Counted from the first letter of the whole stretch, positions 25,084 through 36,046 are shown. The stretch is DNA of 62,552 nt, filler included, from Deltaproteobacteria bacterium (GCA_030698575.1; 10 parts of 10 records of this genome joined end to end with filler, not necessarily neighbours in it); one strand, 5' to 3'. Translations and numbers: made by a program. The notes: a model not told the origin generated them from the sequence alone.

Positions 25084-26496
25084 TCAGCCAAAACGCAGGA
25101 TAATGTAGCCGATCGAGACACCCAGGTAGAACAGCCAGGTCAGGCCGAGATAGGAAAACCAGAAATTCGACGGGCGGGTCCAGGCCGGCAGGCGCCGGGC
25201 CAGGTAGACGTGGTTCAATACGACGAGCACCGGGATGTAAACCGCCATCGAGAAGAAATTGATCGTCCCCCCCAGCGCGATGAGCGGTCCCGGCGGTGCC
25301 AGCGGTATCGTCGCCGCCGAGCCAATCGTAATCAAGACGACCCAGCCGAGGTACACCTTGCGCAGACTAAGTCGGCGCGCCCACGCGATGTTCGCGCAGG
25401 TCCAGTCGGCGTGCATGTGCGCGAAGCCGTCCGTGACCCCCACCCAGGTGTCCATCAGGAAGGCCGCTGCAACGACCAGAAAGAGCATCTTGCCGACCCG
25501 GCCCCAGCTCACCTCGAAGAAGCGCGACTGCACGACCGCGAGATCCCAGTCCTTTGGCACGAGCCCCTCGGGGTGCAGCAGCGCGTATGCGAGCCAGCAC
25601 ATGAGGAGCACGGTGACGAGGTTGATCGCCAGGCCGACCGCGTTCTCCCGCTTCACGTAGCGGAGCCACAGGCCGTGCGCCCGGCGGTTCTCGGGCGAGT
25701 CGTCGAAGAGGTAGCCCGACAGCGCGACGTCTTCCCCCTCCCCCCGCAGCCCCGTCAGCCGCCCCATCCGACCCGCCATCCCCGCGCCCTTCTCGCGCAG
25801 CCAGTAGGCGTACATGAAGGTGTAGAAGCCGCCGAGGCCGACGTAGACCAGGCTCGTGAGAAGATTTTCCATGTCGGCGGGATCCCATTCCGGAGGAAAG
25901 CCGAAATGCGGCGTCGCCACGGCGCGCCAGAAAGCGCCCCCTTCAGCGAGGACATCGGGATGCATGACCGCCACAGTCACGCCGATGAGGCTCACGGCCG
26001 CGACGGCCATCATGAAGCGCTCGATGAAACCGTAGACGTAGCGGCTGCTCACGAGAATCACGAAGAAAACGGCGACGGTGGCCTCGGCCCAGAAGATCGA
26101 GCGGGCGCGATCGCTCCAGCCCGGCGGGAAGTCGGTCAGCGTGGCCAGCGCCGTGCCGCCGGCGCTGGCGAAGGCGCCGAACCAGAGCGTGGCCGCGACC
26201 ATGCCTGCCCAGAGAAGGCCGGAGGCGAGCGGGCGCAGCCGCGTGAAACCGGTGAAGAGCGTCTCGCCGGTGAGCACGGTGTAGCGCCCGATCTCCACCG
26301 ACGCGCCGAACTGCATCAGGCTCGCGGGAATGATGAGCCAGATAAACCACTCGCCGTACTTGGCGGTGAAAGCGGGCCAGAAGATCAGCTCGCCGGTCCC
26401 CTGGGCCAGGGCGGCCCAGACGATGCCCGGCCCCAGCATGGCCTTCCATCCCGGAAAGGGGGGTAGCGACGCTCGGCGGTAGGCGGGGAGGCTCAC
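25084..26496 (-). CDS. Nramp-family-like metal transporter
   Basis: LGPGIVWAALAQGTGELIFWP...EIGRYT; ~11 TM; GTGA overlap with ppk2. Confidence 0.75.
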   Translation of the reverse strand: MSLPAYRRASLPPFPGWKAMLGPGIVWAALAQGTGELIFWPAFTAKYGEWFIWLIIPASLMQFGASVEIGRYTVLTGETLFTGFTRLRPLASGLLWAGMVAATLWFGAFASAGGTALATLTDFPPGWSDRARSIFWAEATVAVFFVILVSSRYVYGFIERFMMAVAAVSLIGVTVAVMHPDVLAEGGAFWRAVATPHFGFPPEWDPADMENLLTSLVYVGLGGFYTFMYAYWLREKGAGMAGRMGRLTGLRGEGEDVALSGYLFDDSPENRRAHGLWLRYVKRENAVGLAINLVTVLLMCWLAYALLHPEGLVPKDWDLAVVQSRFFEVSWGRVGKMLFLVVAAAFLMDTWVGVTDGFAHMHADWTCANIAWARRLSLRKVYLGWVVLITIGSAATIPLAPPGPLIALGGTINFFSMAVYIPVLVVLNHVYLARRLPAWTRPSNFWFSYLGLTWLFYLGVSIGYIILRFG

Positions 26497-27233
26497 CGCT
26501 TGCGCTTCTTGCGGGAGGTCCCGAGCGACTTGCTGAGATGTCCGACGGTTTCGCGAAGCACCTTCAGCCGGCCGTAAGACTTGTGCTCCGCCTCGATCAG
26601 CCGCCAGGGGGCGCGCGCGGTGCCGGTCTTCTCGAACATCTCCTCCGCCGCTTTCAGATAGGCGTCCCATGCGCGGCGGTTCTCCCAGTCCTCCGGCCCG
26701 ATCTTCCAGCGCTTGTACGGGCTGCGCTCCCGTGCCCGGAACCGGCGAAGCTGCTCGGCCTTGCTGATGTGCAGCCAGAACTTGAGAATGATGGTGCCCT
26801 CGTTCATCAGGTTCTTTTCAAACGCGTTGATCTCGTCGTAGGCGGCCTTCCAGCGCGCCTTGGGCGTCAGTCGCTTCACGCGCTCGGCCAGCACGCGCCC
26901 GTACCAGGAGCGGTCGAAGATACCGATCTGGCCGGCCCGCGGAAGGCGGATCCAGAACCGCCAGAGAAAATGGTGATCCAGCTCCTCCTGCGTGGGAGCG
27001 CCGATCGTATAGACCTGGTAGCCGCGGGGATCGAGATGGTTCACCAGCCGCTTGATGGCGCCTCCCTTACCCGCCGCGTCCCAGCCCTCGAAAGCGATGA
27101 CCACCGCCCTCCGGGCCTCGCGGAGCTCTTGCTGGAGAACGAGCAAATCGAGCTGCGTGCGACCATAGGCTTCGTCGTACTCCTCCTCGCTCACCTCCAG
27201 CGAAAGATCCAGCTCTGCAAGACGTCCCGCCAT
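26493..27233 (-). CDS. ppk2: Polyphosphate kinase 2
   Basis: EGWDAAGKGG, LDPRG, FDRSWYGRVL, KFWLHIS. Confidence 0.93.
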   Translation of the reverse strand: MAGRLAELDLSLEVSEEEYDEAYGRTQLDLLVLQQELREARRAVVIAFEGWDAAGKGGAIKRLVNHLDPRGYQVYTIGAPTQEELDHHFLWRFWIRLPRAGQIGIFDRSWYGRVLAERVKRLTPKARWKAAYDEINAFEKNLMNEGTIILKFWLHISKAEQLRRFRARERSPYKRWKIGPEDWENRRAWDAYLKAAEEMFEKTGTARAPWRLIEAEHKSYGRLKVLRETVGHLSKSLGTSRKKRKR

Positions 27234-27399
27234 CGATCTTCTCCTTTGATTCCCGGCCCCATCCACCGGGACGGGTCTCTTATACCGGCTGGCCCTCGCA
27301 CGGTGCAAGGTGCCGGAGGCTTGATCAAGCGGCCCCGCTTCAACTATAAGAGTCGAGAAGGGTGTCCCCCACCGGGTACCCCAAAACAAGGAGCCCCCC

Positions 27400-28044
27400 A
27401 TGATCATCGCGGACATCCTCAGGCGCCAGTGCACCCTTCGCCCGAACGCGGTGGCGATGACCTTCGCAGGCAAGGAAACCACCTACGCGCAGATGGGCGA
27501 CCGCGTGAACCGCGCCGCCAACGCGCTCCGCGAGATGGGCGTCAATAAGGGAGACCGCGTGGCGGTGCTCTCGCAGAACTGCAACCAGTTCGTCGAACTC
27601 TATTTCGCAAACGGCAAACTCGGATCGGTCACAACGCCGCTGAACTACCGGCTGACCGCGGCGGAGCTCGAGTTCATCATTAATAACAGCGAGGCGGTGG
27701 CGCTCATCGTTCAGGACGATTTCGTGCCGACAATCGCCGGGATCAAGCACCTGCTCCCCAACATCAAGCACTACATCACCATTGGCGGCTCGCACCAGGG
27801 TTACCGCGAGTACGAGGAGTGGATCGCATCTTCATCGCCGGCGGAGCCGGGCGCGTTGATCGACGAGAACGACCTCATCTGGCAAATGTACACGAGCGGA
27901 ACGACCGGCCGGCCCAAGGGGGCCATGATCACCCACCGAAATCTCATGACGAACGTGATGCAGGTGGCGCTCGAATTTCGCGTCGAGACAGGCGATCGAT
28001 CACTGATAGTCGCCCCCATCTATCACGCGGCGGCGGTCATCACC
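27400..28044 (+). CDS. Long-chain acyl-CoA synthetase, truncated
   Basis: YTSGTTGRPKG AMP-binding loop. Confidence 0.9.
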
Positions 28045-28144
28045 NNNNNNNNNNNNNNNNNNNNNNNNNNNNNNNNNNNNNNNNNNNNTTAATTAATTAA
28101 NNNNNNNNNNNNNNNNNNNNNNNNNNNNNNNNNNNNNNNNNNNN

Positions 28145-28463
28145 CGTGATGAATGAGCCGCAGGAACATCTCCGGTTCCCACATCACATCGGCGTCGATG
28201 AACACCAGATCGGTGCATCGGGTGTTGTCGAGAAAATCGCGCACCAGTTCGTTGCGGCCGTCATCGACGTGGCAATTCCCGAACAGGAGATTGATGGTTC
28301 TGGGAATGCCTCTGCGAGTCAGTTCCTCGACTGTCTTTGCGAGACTGAGCGCATAGCCGGCCTTGACGCTTTCATAAGCGGGGGTGGCGATGAACACCGA
28401 CTGTCCGGGCTTCTCATAGTTGACCGAGCGATAAGCGGGCATGTTCGCCTTTGTCGTTGGCAA
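28145..28463 (-). CDS. Phage GT-A-fold glycosyltransferase-like protein, truncated (start TTG 28463 or ATG 28442)
   Basis: VFIATPAY...GRNELVRDFL...LVFIDAD (DxD motif). Confidence 0.75.
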
Positions 28464-28500
28464 AAGAGGAAAACCCGGCCGCCGGGAAGCGGCCGGGGGA
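28464..28500 (-). terminator. Intrinsic terminator after head genes
   Basis: CCCGGCCGC-TTCCCG-GCGGCCGGG-TTTTCCTCTTTT on minus strand. Confidence 0.7.
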
Positions 28501-28512
28501 GTCTTCGTTCGA

Positions 28513-29025
28513 TCAGGCGATCAGGCCGAGTTCCTGAAGCCTGGAGATCACCGCATTGACCGCCACGGCAGCGGCCCGTGAGTCGGTCAGCGTACGGTTG
28601 TTCGCGAGTGCATTGGACCGCGAATCCGCCACCAGCTTGTTGGTCGTCTCGGCGCTCAGTTGCGCGTCGGTGACCAGCTTGTTGACGGTTTCCGCACTCA
28701 ACTGGGCATCCACGATCAAGCGATTGATCGCGATGGCCTGCGCTTCGAGGATTGGAGCGAGTGTCGCTTCCGCCGTCAGGCCGGTGGTTGCGATGGTCGT
28801 GTCCACCGTCGTGATCGCGGTCGAATCCACCGTCGTGATCGTGGTCGTATCGACCGTGGTAATCGTCGTGGTGTCGACAGTCGTGATCGTGGTCGTATCC
28901 ACGGTCGTCACCGCCGCCGGCTGATCGACCGGCGTGGTTACGTCGTAGAAACTGATCAGGTCTGCCGCCGACTGGCCGAGACGGGTACCGTCCGGGCCAC
29001 CATCGGAGAGTTGCCGAAGTGCCAT
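28513..29025 (-). CDS. Head decoration/head-fibre-like protein with Thr-rich repeats
   Basis: Directly after coat gene; AAGGAG RBS; 5x TTVDTTTI; 14-aa helical repeats; C-terminal VNAVISRLQELGLIA. Confidence 0.7.
   Translation of the reverse strand: MALRQLSDGGPDGTRLGQSAADLISFYDVTTPVDQPAAVTTVDTTTITTVDTTTITTVDTTTITTVDSTAITTVDTTIATTGLTAEATLAPILEAQAIAINRLIVDAQLSAETVNKLVTDAQLSAETTNKLVADSRSNALANNRTLTDSRAAAVAVNAVISRLQELGLIA
28789..28908 (-). repeat. 5 x 24-bp coding tandem repeat (TTVDTTTI)
   Basis: Visible in translation; codons diverged synonymously. Confidence 0.9.
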
Positions 29026-29052
29026 TGTCGTTCTCCTTGTTGGAATGGCCGG

Positions 29053-30312
29053 TTACGAGACGGTATCCATCAGCGATGCCCGCACCGCGAGCCTCGAATC
29101 GACGACATCGACGCCGTAGAGAATGTCGAGACGCCAGTTGGAGTCGTCGTTGGTGCCGTCGGAGTAGGGGATGACGCGAACGCTGATCCCCTTGTACGTC
29201 CGGCGGCCCACGTCCATCGCCCCAGGCGGTGACACCATCGGCACCATCGTCAGAGCAAACGCATTCTTGTGGAAGAACAGGTTCTGTCTGAAGTTGGTCG
29301 ACGCCGTGCCAACGTAGGTGACTACGTTGTCGTTGACCTCGGTGCCGGAATCGACATCGACGGTCTGCTGAGCGCCGCTCATGATAAGCGGCGGCCAGAT
29401 CGTCACATCGCCCTCGGAACTCGCCGAGGTCGCGTCCGCCATGACGACGAACTGCTTTTCGTGAGCGAGCCGGGCCTTGGTGACCGGGTTGACATCCCAG
29501 ACATCGGCGATTTCAAACACGTCGCCTTTCTTCCAATACCCGGCCGCGTTCGATGCCGCGCCGTCGATATGCAACGTGACGGTCGTGGCGTCCTTGTAGG
29601 TCGCCCAGGTGTGGGTTCCGTCGACAAGAGCCTGGTCGACAAGATCGGTGCCGGTACGGGCTCCGGTCGTATGCGTCGGAACGTTCTGGCTCATGTACGT
29701 ATCGACGCCGCCGATCATGCCGAGAGAGGCATTGCGATAGGCGGGACGCACGATGTCGTTCGTGAACAATGCGGTTTGCGAACCGAGCAGCGCCCAGTAG
29801 TCGGACGGCTGCAAAACGGCAGACCGCATATCCTGCGGAATGGCGCAGGTGTCCATGAGTTCCGGAGCAAGGGCGAAGTCGGCGAACGAGTTGATGCCGC
29901 CGGAGGGAATGATGACGTGCTTCGGAATCTCGCTGTACAACGCAAACATGTCGACATCGACCTGGTTGGCAAGCTGGAGCATCGCCGGCTTGATGACGCG
30001 CTCCGAAAGCTTATTGATCTGCAAGGTCAGGTCTTCCGACGAGAACTTGAAGTCAACACCCTTCTGCTTGTCGACCGTCACCGGGATTTTGCCTTCCACA
30101 ACGTCCTGAATATCGGCAACCTTGCCGTCGCGGACGGTGAAGTCGGTGGGCCGGCGAATGGAAACGATCTCGCCGACCTTGTACCCGTTGATCTTCTTGT
30201 CGAACTCTTCCTCGTAGCCCCGATAGCAGAGCTTTGCCATCAGGCATTCATTCTCAAGGATCATCACCGCCTCCTTGGCGATGATGTCCGCAGTCAGTGT
30301 GGTGTTAGCCAT
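29053..30312 (-). CDS. P22-type major capsid (coat) protein
   Basis: MANTTLTADIIAKEA...KVGEIVSIRRP...FHKNAFAL...RLDILYG. Confidence 0.92.
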   Translation of the reverse strand: MANTTLTADIIAKEAVMILENECLMAKLCYRGYEEEFDKKINGYKVGEIVSIRRPTDFTVRDGKVADIQDVVEGKIPVTVDKQKGVDFKFSSEDLTLQINKLSERVIKPAMLQLANQVDVDMFALYSEIPKHVIIPSGGINSFADFALAPELMDTCAIPQDMRSAVLQPSDYWALLGSQTALFTNDIVRPAYRNASLGMIGGVDTYMSQNVPTHTTGARTGTDLVDQALVDGTHTWATYKDATTVTLHIDGAASNAAGYWKKGDVFEIADVWDVNPVTKARLAHEKQFVVMADATSASSEGDVTIWPPLIMSGAQQTVDVDSGTEVNDNVVTYVGTASTNFRQNLFFHKNAFALTMVPMVSPPGAMDVGRRTYKGISVRVIPYSDGTNDDSNWRLDILYGVDVVDSRLAVRASLMDTVS

Positions 30313-30399
30313 TTGTCATTGTCCGTCTGGCGGCCCCGTAGGGCCGCACTGGGAAAGGGCGTCTCACGACGTGCCTGTTCCGGATTGATGGGAGTGGCC

Positions 30400-31281
30400 T
30401 TAGCCCTTCGCCGCCATCTGCTTTTTGCGAATCGCGACGTACTGCTCCATGTCGGCGTCCTCCAGATTGACGCGCGCGGGCGGATTGGCCCGTGCGGCAA
30501 CTGTCTCCAGTGGAGCCGCCACGGTGGCGGGTTTGGGCGCGGCCGGTTTGGCAAGGACTTGCGAGCCGAGACGGGCGAGGTGCAGAATCGTGTAGATCGT
30601 CGGGTTCATCGCGGATTGCAGGGCGGATAGTTCGATGCCCTGTTCCACGGCGAACGCCACCACCTGCTTGTCGGTCTCAGGCGTCCAGCCCTTGATGTTC
30701 TTGCGCGCGAACTCCTGGGTTTCTTCCATGCGCTTGGCGGTTTCCCGCTGCGTCTCGGAGGCCCGCTGCTGCGTGCGTTGCGTGATCTGCTGGTTGAGGC
30801 CGTTGAGTTCCTCGACCAGGTTCATGCGCCGGATGTGCGCTTGCTGGGCGGCTGTTGCGTCTTGTATAACCCATGCGTCCCAGTCGATCTTCCGGTACTG
30901 TTCCAGTTCCTCCGTTTTCGCCATGTGCGTGGCGCGGAGTTTCAGGTCGTCCTCGCTGGCCGTGGATTGCTCGGCGATGCGTTGCCGCTCCGCGTCGAGT
31001 TCCTTGCGAACGCCAGCGACTTCCTGCGTTTTCTTGGTGTAGTCGGCCTGCCGGAGCACGCCTTCCTTGAGGCCCTTCGGCCCCTTCACCGTCTTGCCTT
31101 CCCAGTCGAATTCCTCGAATTCATCGAGTTCGACCGGCTCGACAACAGTCTCTTCGTCTTGCTGTCCCGTCAAATCGTCTACGATCTTGCGGGGTTCGTC
31201 GGCCGTTTCCGTTTCGGTTGGCGGCGTCGCCGCTCCGTCGTCGGTCCCGGCAGGGGCAACAGCCCCGTCCACATCGGACAT
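30400..31281 (-). CDS. Capsid scaffolding protein
   Basis: Acidic N-terminus, LRQADYTKKTQEVA motif, coiled coil, upstream of coat. Confidence 0.85.
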   Translation of the reverse strand: MSDVDGAVAPAGTDDGAATPPTETETADEPRKIVDDLTGQQDEETVVEPVELDEFEEFDWEGKTVKGPKGLKEGVLRQADYTKKTQEVAGVRKELDAERQRIAEQSTASEDDLKLRATHMAKTEELEQYRKIDWDAWVIQDATAAQQAHIRRMNLVEELNGLNQQITQRTQQRASETQRETAKRMEETQEFARKNIKGWTPETDKQVVAFAVEQGIELSALQSAMNPTIYTILHLARLGSQVLAKPAAPKPATVAAPLETVAARANPPARVNLEDADMEQYVAIRKKQMAAKG

Positions 31282-31337
31282 GCGGTCACTCCGTTTCGGT
31301 TGGTGACTTGGGTTTGCCCGTTACGGACGGGCGGCCG

Positions 31338-31493
31338 TCAGTTGGCGAGAAGCAAGATGGCTTCCGCGTCGTCTTCGTCTCTCGCGAGTTGGGCGAGGAT
31401 GGCGGCGATGTATTCGGCGAGATACCGCGCCGCGACCGCCTCAAGCACCGGCTCGGTCAGAAACGTTGCCTGTGGCGCGGCCTGTTCGATGGT
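31338..31493 (-). CDS. C-terminal fragment of phage hypothetical protein
   Basis: Own translation ends RDEDDAEAILLLAN. Confidence 0.5.
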   Translation of the reverse strand, partial: TIEQAAPQATFLTEPVLEAVAARYLAEYIAAILAQLARDEDDAEAILLLAN

Positions 31494-31733
31494 NNNNNNN
31501 NNNNNNNNNNNNNNNNNNNNNNNNNNNNNNNNNNNNNTTAATTAATTAANNNNNNNNNNNNNNNNNNNNNNNNNNNNNNNNNNNNNNNNNNNNCCTGTGG
31601 TAGTCTGGGCGTGATTTTTCCACGGTATTTTGCGCCTTTGCCGCGGACCACGCGGACGCTGTGGGCTCTTACACACACCTGTTACACCCTTTCCCGGGAA
31701 GAACCGGCCCACCCGACAAGAGCGACATGCCCC

Positions 31734-32381
31734 ATGGCTGAGCGGATGACCCCTGACGCGCGGGCCACACACGCCGAATCGCCCCGGCGGGCGGACGAAC
31801 GCGCCCCGAGCGGCGCGGAAGAATTCGACATCGGGGCCAAGATGCGGCTCCTGCGGCGGAACCGGCGCCTGACCCTCCGGGAAGTGGCAAAGGAGACCGG
31901 CTTTTCTCCGGCCCTCATTTCACAGATTGAGAACAACAACGTGACCCCGCCCATCGGCACGCTGGCGAAGATCGCCCGCGTTCTGCGGGTGAAGGTCGGC
32001 TACTTCTTCGAGGAAGGAGATCCGGGTGGGGTCTACGAGGTGGTGCGGGCGGGAGAGCGGCGCCGTGTCGAGCGAATCATCTCGCCGCTTGGCGCGCGGC
32101 CCGGGTATCACTTCGAGGCGCTCGCGCTTTCATACCGCAACCACAAGCTCTCTCCCTTCCTGATCACGATAACCAAGGACAGCGAGCCGCCCTCGAGCCA
32201 GTACACACACGATGGCGAGGAGTTCCTCATGGTGCTCTCGGGACGGATCGAGATAGAGATTGGCGACGAGCGGCACCAGCTCGACCCCGGTGATTCGCTC
32301 TATCTAGAGGCCTCTCTCAAGCACCGGATGATGCGCGCGGGCGATGAGGAATCGACCGTGCTGGCGATCATCTGCCGCTGA
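31734..32381 (+). CDS. XRE-family HTH regulator with cupin domain
   Basis: [27 protein letters not shown]...GDS cupin. Confidence 0.9.
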   Translation: MAERMTPDARATHAESPRRADERAPSGAEEFDIGAKMRLLRRNRRLTLREVAKETGFSPALISQIENNNVTPPIGTLAKIARVLRVKVGYFFEEGDPGGVYEVVRAGERRRVERIISPLGARPGYHFEALALSYRNHKLSPFLITITKDSEPPSSQYTHDGEEFLMVLSGRIEIEIGDERHQLDPGDSLYLEASLKHRMMRAGDEESTVLAIICR

Positions 32382-32433
32382 GGACAAACCCCCAACCCCC
32401 GCCCTGCACGCGGCGAGGATGGATAAAGGCGAT

Positions 32434-33984
32434 ATGTCGATCGAGGAAAAGCTAAAACTGCTCGAGCAAAAGAACCGCGAGTCGGAGATGGGCGGTGGCC
32501 AGGAACGCATCGACCGCCAGCACAAGCAGGGAAAGCTGACTGCTCGTGAGCGGGTGGAGTTTCTGCTCGACGAGGGAAGCTTCGTCGAGACAGACAAATT
32601 CAAGGTGCACCGCTGCGCCGATTTCGACATGGACCAGCAGAAGTTCCCGGGCGACGGTGTGGTGACCGGCTACGGCACCATAGACGCCCGGCTGGTGTTC
32701 GTCTTTTCGCAGGATTTCACGGTGTTTGGCGGCAGCCTCTCGGAGGCCTTCGCCGAGAAGGTCTGCAAGGTCATGGATCTCGCGGTGAAGGCGGGCGCAC
32801 CGGTCATCGGAATCAACGACTCCGGCGGCGCCCGCATCCAGGAAGGCGTCGTGAGCCTGGCGGGCTACGCGGACATCTTCCAGCGAAACGTCATGAGCAG
32901 CGGCGTCGTCCCGCAGATCAGCGCCATCATGGGACCCTGCGCCGGCGGCGCGGTGTACTCGCCCGCGATGACCGACTTCATCATCATGGTCGAAGACACC
33001 TCCTACATGTTCATCACCGGCCCCGACGTGATCAAGACGGTGACCCACGAGGAGGTCACGAAGGAAGCGCTGGGCGGCTCGGCTGCGCACAACGCGAAAT
33101 CGGGCGTGGCGAACTTCGGGGCCAAGGACGAGAAGGAGGCGCTCCTCCTCATTCGCACCCTTCTCTCCTTCATGCCGCAAAACAGCATAGAAGACACGCC
33201 CCTGGTGCCGACAAGCGACAGCGCGAACCGGCGCGATGAGAAGCTCAGGACGCTGGTTCCCGACTCGCCGTACAAGCCCTACGACATGAAGGAGCTTCTC
33301 ACGGCTGTCGTGGATGACGGCTTCTTTCTGGAGGTCCACGAGGAGTACGCGAAGAATATCATCGTCGGCTTCGGCCGCATGAACGGGCGCTCGGTGGGTG
33401 TCGTGGCGAACCAGCCGGCCGTGCTCGCGGGCTGCCTCGACATCAACTCGTCGATCAAGGGCGCGCGCTTCGTCCGATTCTGCGACGCCTTCAACATTCC
33501 GATCATCACCTTTGTCGACGTGCCTGGCTTCCTGCCGGGCGTGAATCAGGAGTACGGCGGGATCATCAAGCACGGCGCCAAGCTGCTTTACGCCTACTGC
33601 GAGGCCACGGTGCCGAAGATCACCATCATCACGCGCAAGGCCTACGGCGGGGCCTACGTGGTCATGTCCTCGAAGCACATTCGCGGGGACGTGAACTACG
33701 CCTACCCCACCGCAGAGATCGCGGTCATGGGGCCGGAGGGCGCGGTGAAAATCATCTTCCGTGACGAGATCGCCTCGGCGAAAGACGGGGTGGCCGAGAG
33801 TGAGCGTCTCTCGGCCGACTATCGCGAAAAGTTCGCCAATCCCTACAAGGCAGCCGAGCTCGGGTACGTGGACGAAGTTATCCGGCCCGAGGACACGCGA
33901 CCGAAGATCATCCGGGCGCTCGAGATGCTGAAGAACAAGCGCGACCAGAACCCCCCGAAGAAGCACGGGAACATCCCGCTCTAG
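32434..33984 (+). CDS. pccB: Propionyl-CoA carboxylase carboxyltransferase subunit
   Basis: [43 protein letters not shown]. Confidence 0.95.
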   Translation: MSIEEKLKLLEQKNRESEMGGGQERIDRQHKQGKLTARERVEFLLDEGSFVETDKFKVHRCADFDMDQQKFPGDGVVTGYGTIDARLVFVFSQDFTVFGGSLSEAFAEKVCKVMDLAVKAGAPVIGINDSGGARIQEGVVSLAGYADIFQRNVMSSGVVPQISAIMGPCAGGAVYSPAMTDFIIMVEDTSYMFITGPDVIKTVTHEEVTKEALGGSAAHNAKSGVANFGAKDEKEALLLIRTLLSFMPQNSIEDTPLVPTSDSANRRDEKLRTLVPDSPYKPYDMKELLTAVVDDGFFLEVHEEYAKNIIVGFGRMNGRSVGVVANQPAVLAGCLDINSSIKGARFVRFCDAFNIPIITFVDVPGFLPGVNQEYGGIIKHGAKLLYAYCEATVPKITIITRKAYGGAYVVMSSKHIRGDVNYAYPTAEIAVMGPEGAVKIIFRDEIASAKDGVAESERLSADYREKFANPYKAAELGYVDEVIRPEDTRPKIIRALEMLKNKRDQNPPKKHGNIPL

Positions 33985-33996
33985 CAGGAGAAGTCC

Positions 33997-35505
33997 ATGT
34001 TCAAGAAGATCCTCGTAGCCAACCGCGGGGAGTCCGCCGTCCGGGTCCTCCGGGCATGCCGGGAGATGGAAATTCCCGGCGTCGCCATCTATTCCGATCC
34101 GGACCGCTCGAACCTGCACGTGCGCTACGCCGACGAAGCCTACCGCGTGGGGCCGGCGCCGGCGCGCGACAGCTACCTCCGTATGGACACAATCCTCGAA
34201 ATCGCCAAGAAGTGCGGGGCCGATGCCATTCATCCAGGGTACGGCTTTCTCTCGGAGAACCCCGAGTTCGCCAGGCTCTGTGCTACGTCGGGTGTCGTCT
34301 TCATCGGACCTTCACCCGAGGCCATCCGATCGATGGGCGACAAGGTCGAGGCGCGGAAGCTCATGGAGGCGGCCGGGGTGTCCGTCGTTCCCGGCGTCAC
34401 GTCGGAACTGGATGACGAGGCTGCCATCAAGGAGATCAAGCGTATCGGGCTGCCGGTCATGGTAAAGGCGGCAGCGGGCGGCGGCGGGAAGGGAATGCGT
34501 CTGGTAACCGAGGAATCGCAGATCGCTTCAGCGTTGCGCGGCGCACGCTCGGAGGCGCAGTCGGCCTTCGGAAATCCCGCCATCTACATCGAGAGGGCGC
34601 TCCAGAGGGCTCGCCACATCGAGGTGCAGGTGCTGGGCGACAAGCACGGGAACCTGATTCACGTGGGCGAGCGCGACTGCTCGATCCAGCGGCGACATCA
34701 GAAGGTCATCGAAGAGTGCCCGGCGCCCGGGCTCTCCGACGATCTGCGCAAGCGGATTCACGCGGAGGGGGTCAAGGCTGCAAAGGCGGTGGACTACGAG
34801 GGCGCCGGGACGGTCGAATTCCTGCTTGATCAATCCGGAGAGTTCTACTTCCTCGAAATGAACACCCGAATCCAGGTCGAGCACGCGATTACCGAGCGGA
34901 CGACGGGGATCGATCTCGTCAAGGCGCAGATCAGGATTGCCGCCGGTGAGCCGCTCTGGATCAAGCAGGAAGACGTGGTCCTCCGTGGCGTGGCGCTCGA
35001 GTGCCGCATCTACGCCGAGGACCCCTTCAACAACTTCATGCCGAGCCCGGGCGTCATCACGGTCTTCCGCGAGCCGGGCGGCGCCGGAGTGCGCCTTGAC
35101 AGCGGCGTCTACGACGGTTTCAAGGTTCCGATGGAATACGATCCGATGGTGGCCAAGCTGATCGCGCACGGCGGCAATCGGGAAGAAGCCATCGAGCGCT
35201 GCACGCGGGCGCTCCGCGAGTTCACGATCAAGGGGATCAGGACGTCCATCCCTTTCCACCTGCGGGTGATGAAGAATCCGACGTTCATCAAGGGCGACGT
35301 CGACACGACCTTCATCGAGCGCGAGTTCCTCTCGAAGGGGCTCTCCGAGGAGCGCACCCATGACGAGGTGGCCCTCGTTACAGCCTGCGTGGCGGCGTTC
35401 AGGCGCGACCAGGCGAAGGCGCTGGAGCTGGCCAGCGGGCGAAACGGCGGCGAGGACTCTCCCTGGAAGATCGCGGGGCGGCAAGCTGCTCTCAGGCGCA
35501 TCTAG
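33997..35505 (+). CDS. accC: Biotin carboxylase subunit
   Basis: ANRGE, HPGYGFLSEN, GGGGKGMR, ERDCSIQRRHQK, EMNTRIQVEH. Confidence 0.93.
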   Translation: MFKKILVANRGESAVRVLRACREMEIPGVAIYSDPDRSNLHVRYADEAYRVGPAPARDSYLRMDTILEIAKKCGADAIHPGYGFLSENPEFARLCATSGVVFIGPSPEAIRSMGDKVEARKLMEAAGVSVVPGVTSELDDEAAIKEIKRIGLPVMVKAAAGGGGKGMRLVTEESQIASALRGARSEAQSAFGNPAIYIERALQRARHIEVQVLGDKHGNLIHVGERDCSIQRRHQKVIEECPAPGLSDDLRKRIHAEGVKAAKAVDYEGAGTVEFLLDQSGEFYFLEMNTRIQVEHAITERTTGIDLVKAQIRIAAGEPLWIKQEDVVLRGVALECRIYAEDPFNNFMPSPGVITVFREPGGAGVRLDSGVYDGFKVPMEYDPMVAKLIAHGGNREEAIERCTRALREFTIKGIRTSIPFHLRVMKNPTFIKGDVDTTFIEREFLSKGLSEERTHDEVALVTACVAAFRRDQAKALELASGRNGGEDSPWKIAGRQAALRRI

Positions 35506-35531
35506 CCCCGCGCGGGCGGGCAGGAGAAGCG

Positions 35532-36032
35532 ATGATCTATCACGTGACCCTCGAGGGGAACGACCACGTCATCGACGTGAGCGAGATCGAGCCGAACGTC
35601 TATCGCGTTTCAGTCGATGGTAACGAGCGGGTCGTCGATGCCCACGCGACGGAACGCACCGTCTATTCCCTCATAATCGGCGGCGAATCGATCGAAGCCA
35701 ATGTCGTCGAGCGGCAGGGCGGCTTCCAGATGACCATCGAGGGGGATTTCTACGACCTCGATGTCGTCGACGAGCGTCGCCGGGTGCTCAACCGGGCCGA
35801 GACCGCGGGAGGCGCCGGCGCCGCCGACATCAAGGCGCAGATGCCCGGGAAGGTCCTGAAGGTGCTCGTCGAGCCCGGACAGGCCGTCGAGGTCGGCCAG
35901 GGTGTAATCGTGCTCGAGGCGATGAAGATGGAGAACGAGATCAAGAGCCCGACGACCGGCACGGTGAAGGAAGTAGCGGTCGAAACGGGCCAGGCGGTGG
36001 AGTCGGGCCAGCGCCTCGTGCTGGTCGAGTAG
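35532..36032 (+). CDS. Biotin carboxyl carrier protein
   Basis: EAMKME biotinylation motif. Confidence 0.93.
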   Translation: MIYHVTLEGNDHVIDVSEIEPNVYRVSVDGNERVVDAHATERTVYSLIIGGESIEANVVERQGGFQMTIEGDFYDLDVVDERRRVLNRAETAGGAGAADIKAQMPGKVLKVLVEPGQAVEVGQGVIVLEAMKMENEIKSPTTGTVKEVAVETGQAVESGQRLVLVE

Positions 36033-36046
36033 CGAAGGAGCTGGAG

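Noticed and set aside
28789..28908. Possible CRISPR array
   Set aside because: Contiguous 24-bp coding repeats without spacers; no cas genes
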